From Phallusia mammillata (Eukaryota), in the NCBI GenBank assembly GCA_965637545.1, contig OZ281496.1, positions 21,762,001 to 21,826,000 of the forward strand: DNA of 64,000 nucleotides. The letters run 5' to 3'. Under the pieces are notes generated by a model. That model worked only from the letters and a program-made list of their open reading frames with translations, did not search any database and was not told where the DNA came from. A program made the translations under genes and the position numbers. Position 1 is the stretch's first letter; each line of letters starts with the position of its first letter. Of the stretch, positions 58,682-64,000 are shown in pieces.

Positions 58682-61600
58682 ATGTCGTTGTTTAAGCACT
58701 TTGGTAGCACAGAATCTCCAACCACGTCCTCTACAAATGAGCTTAATGCTGCTAAGCGCCAAAAAACAGCACCAAAAAGACGAAAATGGAATGACGATTT
58801 CATAAATTATGGATTTCGTCGCCCAATCGGTGAAGAGGAGAGTTCTTTTTCTTCTGCCCAGTGCCTTTTTTGCTCAACCGTATGCATATTTCCAAAATGT
58901 TTCCGAATTCGAACCACAGGGCTTTTTAAGCCAATCACAAAGGCGGGTTTTCCCGGGTCATGTGACTTTTTAACAAATCAGCGTAGTCGACTCATTGAAC
59001 CAATCAGAAGACAGCTTGCGTAGTAACCAGTCAATCTGCCTTGAGTTACTATATTTGAAAGTTAAGGTTGCAACGCACATGTGCGTGGTTTTATAATTGT
59101 ATTACTAAAATAAAAGCATTTTAAAAGGCATTTTTAATAATTAATCACAAGCTTTTTTATAAATAATTATCGGATATTGTTAAGTGGATTCCATGCAGCA
59201 AATTGCGGAACTTGAAGGCATGCAGCAAATTGTGAAACTTGAAGGAAAATTAGTAACAAAAGGAAATGAAGAAATGGTTTTTAGATTGACCTCACAATCA
59301 GCAAAAGACTGGGACGAGTGGCTTGAGTCTTTTTGTGTAGTTTCTAGTACTAGCTGGAATGTATGCCAAACATTTTTCAACCCTAAAGTATTTTGGGGAA
59401 ACCTTTAAATGCCATCTTAATCAGTTTTGCCAACATAAAATTGGTGCATCAAATTCAACACTTTGTGTCCTGTGTCTATGGATGTTAAAATCAAACTTTA
59501 CACCAAGTCAACTAAACATCAGATAAGTTGGTTTCTACTCATCCGTGTATGCCAGTTAACGACAATCACTTGCTTAAAGCTGCCGGAAACCTTGGTTAGC
59601 TAAAGATCAGTGAATCTACAAAAAATTTTTGGCAATGATTGTTAGTGTCTCAAGCATTAAAAAGTTCAAACCCATGAGACCAAGTTGCTTGTTACAGATG
59701 GAATAAGTGCAGCAGTCACTAACAACTGCCATAATCCAAAACCCTGCTCTATGTACTATCTCTGGGATCAGTGGCGTAAATATAACTTTGGGGCATCAAG
59801 TGGTATAAATTTGTTTTGTGCTATACAGAAGTATGCCGATAAATCTGAGGCTAGGATCTGCCTTTAGCAGTTTAAAGGATTTTATGTTCGTGCCATTGTA
59901 AGTCCGATCATGGAAAGAATCGACAAAATGATGTTACAATCTTCTGAGATGGTGTTTGTGGCTTCTACAACCAATCTGGACCGGACTAATGCCTCACTTA
60001 CAGTCCTGTTATGTGGTAGTCCAATTGGGGATGTATCAGGGATCAGCACCTCAGAAGCATATGTATGTAGTAGTTGCTTTTGGTCAGTAGCAGGCACCAT
60101 CTGTGGAATTCATTAGTGATTTGGCCACCACACATCTACACAAGATCATGGTGGCTGTTCAAATGCCATGGAAATCAATCCACCCACTTCATTGTCTGAT
60201 GGCATTGCGGGACCCTCATAAACATAAACCAGTGACTGAATGTCCAGACTACACTGCAGAGAACTTTTCTTAAATTTGATAGCGTTCTGAGCTTACAAGC
60301 ACTCTAGTGACTTTCATTAAAAGAAAACTAATGAAGCAGTAGAAAGGTTTAAGAACTTTATCTCTTCTGCTCATTTTGTTGCACAAATAAGATCAGCACT
60401 TCATTCATTTGGAAGAAACTCAATTGGCAACCGCAATGCTTAATAGCAAAATACATTGTATTTCTGGTATTGACATTAAAATGATATATTTTCTTGGTAT
60501 GGTTGGTACAAAAATTCATTTCCTTTTGTGTTTTACTCTTTTCCTGCAGCTTTTCCGTGTATTTTTGTGTTATTACCTATTTGCTATTCCAGAACCTGCA
60601 TTATACCAATAGATTATCATTGGATCTACTTTATAGAACTGTTGACTGATTATTTTTGACTGTGGTTACTGCATGAATAATAAACAAACTTTTGGATGAC
60701 TGTTGAAATGAGTGATATAGTGTTTTAATTTAGGTACAACTGTTTTGTTCCAAAAAAGAGTTGCAATTAAATAAACTAATGTAAACCATGAAGGAAAATA
60801 AATAGCCTGTGTAGCAAGGTCAAGACAAACTAATTTAACTTGCTGACAAATATGACTGGTAATATAGAGTGCTGTCAATACTACCCAAGCTTGCTTACCC
60901 TAATTTAGAGTATTGTAAGTAAAATGGTGTTTTGTATTATACATGTGATTATAAATGAATAAAAAAAACTGGTGTAAACAAGAAAAATAAAATATCTGAG
61001 AAAAAGCTGCTCACATCAGGTGAGATAAGAAAATAAATTTCTGACACTGCTGCATAGTTTTAGATGGCAGCTATTCTGTACAACATTTTTTGGGACTATT
61101 ATCATTTCAATGTCACAAGAAAAACAATAAATTTGCTAGCACAAGTAAATCTTCTCATAACTTACTTTATACTGTAGTAGTTTTTCTTAATCCTGCATTT
61201 GTTCTCAAGCACACTACTTCAATTTGCTATTTAAAATCGCTTCTGTTTTATTGTAAACTTACGACAGAATTCCAGCATGCACAATCAAAATAACATATAC
61301 ATTGGTGGCACAGAACAACATTCAAAACTGAAAATACGGGGAGTAATTGGAACAACTATGCAAATGGCATGCCTAGTGTACACTTATGTTAGAACTGCAC
61401 TGTGTACAATTATAAACCATTCATCTCCGTAGGTTAGGAACAGTTTGTTGATCCCAAGGTATGGCATGCTATGCATGTGTTAAATTGCGTTGATCATAGG
61501 TGCTTGCACTAGAGACAATGAGGCATAATACACTGTTTTTATGCCATGCAAACTTTCCTGCATGCAGTGCTCATCATATACAAAGTAAAATTTTGACATT

Positions 61601-63777
61601 GATGGATTGAAGGGGTTGCGTTGCTATCCTAAACAAACACATAGCATTAATAATAGAAAATATTTTGCACAAAAGCTATTTCAGACTTAATAAAAAGTAT
61701 CAGTGTATAATCTAACATTAATGGAGCATATATTGCACAAAAGTGATTTTACACCCAATAAAAATTATGTGTGTATAATTTACTGCTATACTTAACCTAA
61801 TAAACATTACCTTCAGTTTAAACATCCAAAATGCATCAGTCTTTACTATGTTCCGACTTGTAAAAATGTTTTTTTCATTCAAAACTGACATAAAACTTGC
61901 AACGTCGACAATACTGAAGTCAAAGTAACCGCTTAGCAACCTGGACGTGACGTATCGACAACCCGCAGATTTCCGCTGCTGTGATTGGCTGAAAAAGCCC
62001 TGTGGTTCGAATTCGGAAACATTTTGGAAATATGCCAACCGTATATGGCAATGTTAATCTTGTCTAATCAAAGCTTTTAGGTCATCTTACAAAACAGCAT
62101 CCAGAACACCAAAACAAGTCAAATAAATTCTTCCAGTTACAATTGGCTGCCCAGAACAAGCAGAGCAGTTTGTTTGGTAAGCAAATGGGACACCAGGTAA
62201 TCGATGACAAAAACCTCATATTAGCCTCGTTAAAAATGTCACATCACATAATGAAAGTCAAACGTCCGTATATTGAACTTGAACGTGTAGTTCAGCCTTG
62301 TTTGGAAATTGCGGCTGATTATATTCATGGAGGAAAAAGGGCAATTGATAAAGTCAAACAACTTCCAATTTCCGACACTACTGTTGGGCGACGCTGTGTC
62401 GTTATAGCCAAAGATTTAAAAGAGCAACTAATCCAGAAGCTACTAAAAGCCTCCTCTTTCGGCATACAGTTGGATGAAAGTACTGATGTAAGTAGTGAGT
62501 CTCAGCTAATGGTTTTCTGTAGGTTTCCTGATGTAGAAGTAAACAGAATAGTCGAACACTATCTTTTTTGTCAACCAGTTGGAGAAACAGCAACTGCTGA
62601 AGCGATTTTCAACAAAATAAACAAATTCTTTGAAAACGAGAAGTTAGATTGGTCAAAGTGTAAGGCTGTGACAACAGATGGCGCTGCAGCTATGCGAGGT
62701 TCACAAAAGGGCGTGATTAAAAGAATACAACGTCTGTCTCCAAAGTGCGTAGGAATTCATTGCATTCTTCATCGCGAAGCATTAGTAACAAAGAAAATGA
62801 AACTGAATGCAGGCATGATAGATGTCTGTGAACATGAATTAAACGATGTTCTGCGGGCAGTTGTAGACATTGTAAACGCAATTCGAAAAAGTGCTAAGCA
62901 ACACAGATTGTTTTCAAAACTTTGTGATGAAATGACATCCTCTTCCAAAAAACTGATTATGCACTCGGAGGTACGGTGGCTATCCAGGGGGAAAGTTCTT
63001 TCCCGTGTGTTCGAACTTCGTAAACCATTAACAGAGTATTACACTCAACATAAAGACGAAAGAGCTATAAAGTTCCTTGACATATTCTGGGTTGCAAAAT
63101 TGGCGTACTTGGCATCGATTTTTGATCGTTTCAACCAAGTCAACATCTCTCTTCAAGGTAAAGGGGGTGATATATTTCGCTCTACGAGCAAGATCAATGC
63201 ACTGAAACTAAAAATTCCACTCTGGAAAAATAATGCTCAATCAAGAAACTTCAATGACTTCCCTTTATTAAGCCAATATATGAAAGAGTGTGGTTGGGAG
63301 TTTGAGGATGTTTCTATTGAAGATAAACTGGCTGTCCTTATTGTTGGTCTCTTGAACTTACTTGGCGATAATTTGGCCGCGTACTTTCCTGACGACAACG
63401 ACCAATATCTGGAAACCAACTCGTGGATTATTCAGCCATTTAATGATGAGCTTACAGTGGACGAGGAATTGCTGGAACTCCGCGCTGATTTAAACCAAAA
63501 GTACTTATTTCGAGGAGTGGATTACTCAGAATTCTGGGTATCTCTTTTACAATATCCTGAATACGAAAATATTGCAAAAAAGGCCATTGATATTTTGGTA
63601 CAGATGCCTACCACTTATTTATGCGAAGAAGGATTTTCCAGTCTTGTCGAGATAAAGTCAAACAAACGAAACTCGATACTTGACATTGATTCTTTAATGA
63701 GGGGGGCTATTGAGAACGTGTTAACACCACGTTATGTCCAAATTGCAGAAACAATGCAGCAGCAAGCTAGCCATTGA
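58682..63777 (+). pseudogene. hAT transposase (BED finger + DDE), interrupted in the BED finger by a Mutator-like element and a TAA at 62065
   Basis: 58682-58883 encodes M..KRRKWNDDFINYGF..CLFCSTV. The frame resumes after the insertion as YGNVNLV*SKLLGHLTKQHPEH. From 62068 it is open to 63777 with QLDESTD, TTDGAAAM, HCILHREAL, EVRWLSRGK and TTYLCEEGFS. Confidence 0.9.
58884..62035 (+). mobile_element. Mutator-like (MULE) element, 3152 bp, with decayed transposase
   Basis: 56-bp TIR (1 mismatch) GCATATTTCCAAAATGTTTCCGAATTCGAACCACAGGGCTTTTT.AGCCAATCACA. Perfect 9-bp TSD CAACCGTAT. Internal fragments such as EMVFVASTTNLDRTNASLTVLLCGSPIG resemble the animal MULE DDE core (from memory, not searched). 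Confidence 0.9.
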
Positions 63778-64000
63778 ATCATCTTTGATTGTTTCGTTTC
63801 TTATACTTTCGTTTCAGTTGACCCAGCTACTAATTTTTCGTTGACTATTTAACCTATGTTCACATAAAAAAATGCTATGTGTGGGGTATACAAAGCTGCT
63901 GCAGAATTGTAAAAGGTATACAACGGGGAAAAAGGTTGAAGAGCACTGCCATAGATACCTTAATTCACTAGATGCGCAACTCGGCGAAATCGCTCAGACA

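Larger units (their letters stand above)
58267..63948 (+). mobile_element. Full-length Buster/Charlie-type hAT transposon (5682 bp including nested insertion)
   Basis: Perfect 15-bp TIR CAGTGCTCTTCAACC / GGTTGAAGAGCACTG. Perfect 8-bp TSD CCATAGAT at 58259 and 63949. GGGTATAC subterminal repeats. Contains the transposase. Confidence 0.96.

Overview
AT-rich eukaryotic genomic DNA with compact introns; the gene content and style suggest an invertebrate chordate, probably an ascidian (inference). Eight spliced genes were reconstructed by hand from splice sites and reading phase. They are the 5' part of a MYND-finger HIF prolyl hydroxylase (EGLN1/PHD2-like, minus strand, runs off the left edge), DDX23/Prp28 (minus), an R7-family RGS (DEP-DHEX-GGL-RGS, plus), a small claudin/PMP22-family gene (plus), three 9-exon CYP2-clan P450s (two form a recent tail-to-tail inverted duplication), and a CCP-trypsin-EGF pseudoprotease with a likely GPI signal (minus). 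Introns and intergenic DNA carry many hAT and Mutator-like MITEs with intact target-site duplications (TSDs), tRNA-derived SINEs, and a Penelope-type fragment with a hammerhead-ribozyme core. A full-length 5.7 kb Buster-type hAT is interrupted by a 3.15 kb Mutator-like element. The most interesting points are a MITE inserted exactly on a 3' splice site and duplicating it, the dead protease with an unusual architecture, a possible splice route that rescues the interrupted transposase, the hammerhead motif, an HRE cluster upstream of the PHD gene, and EGLN-RGS-CYP2 linkage that mirrors vertebrate paralogons. No rRNA, true tRNA gene or CRISPR array is supported.
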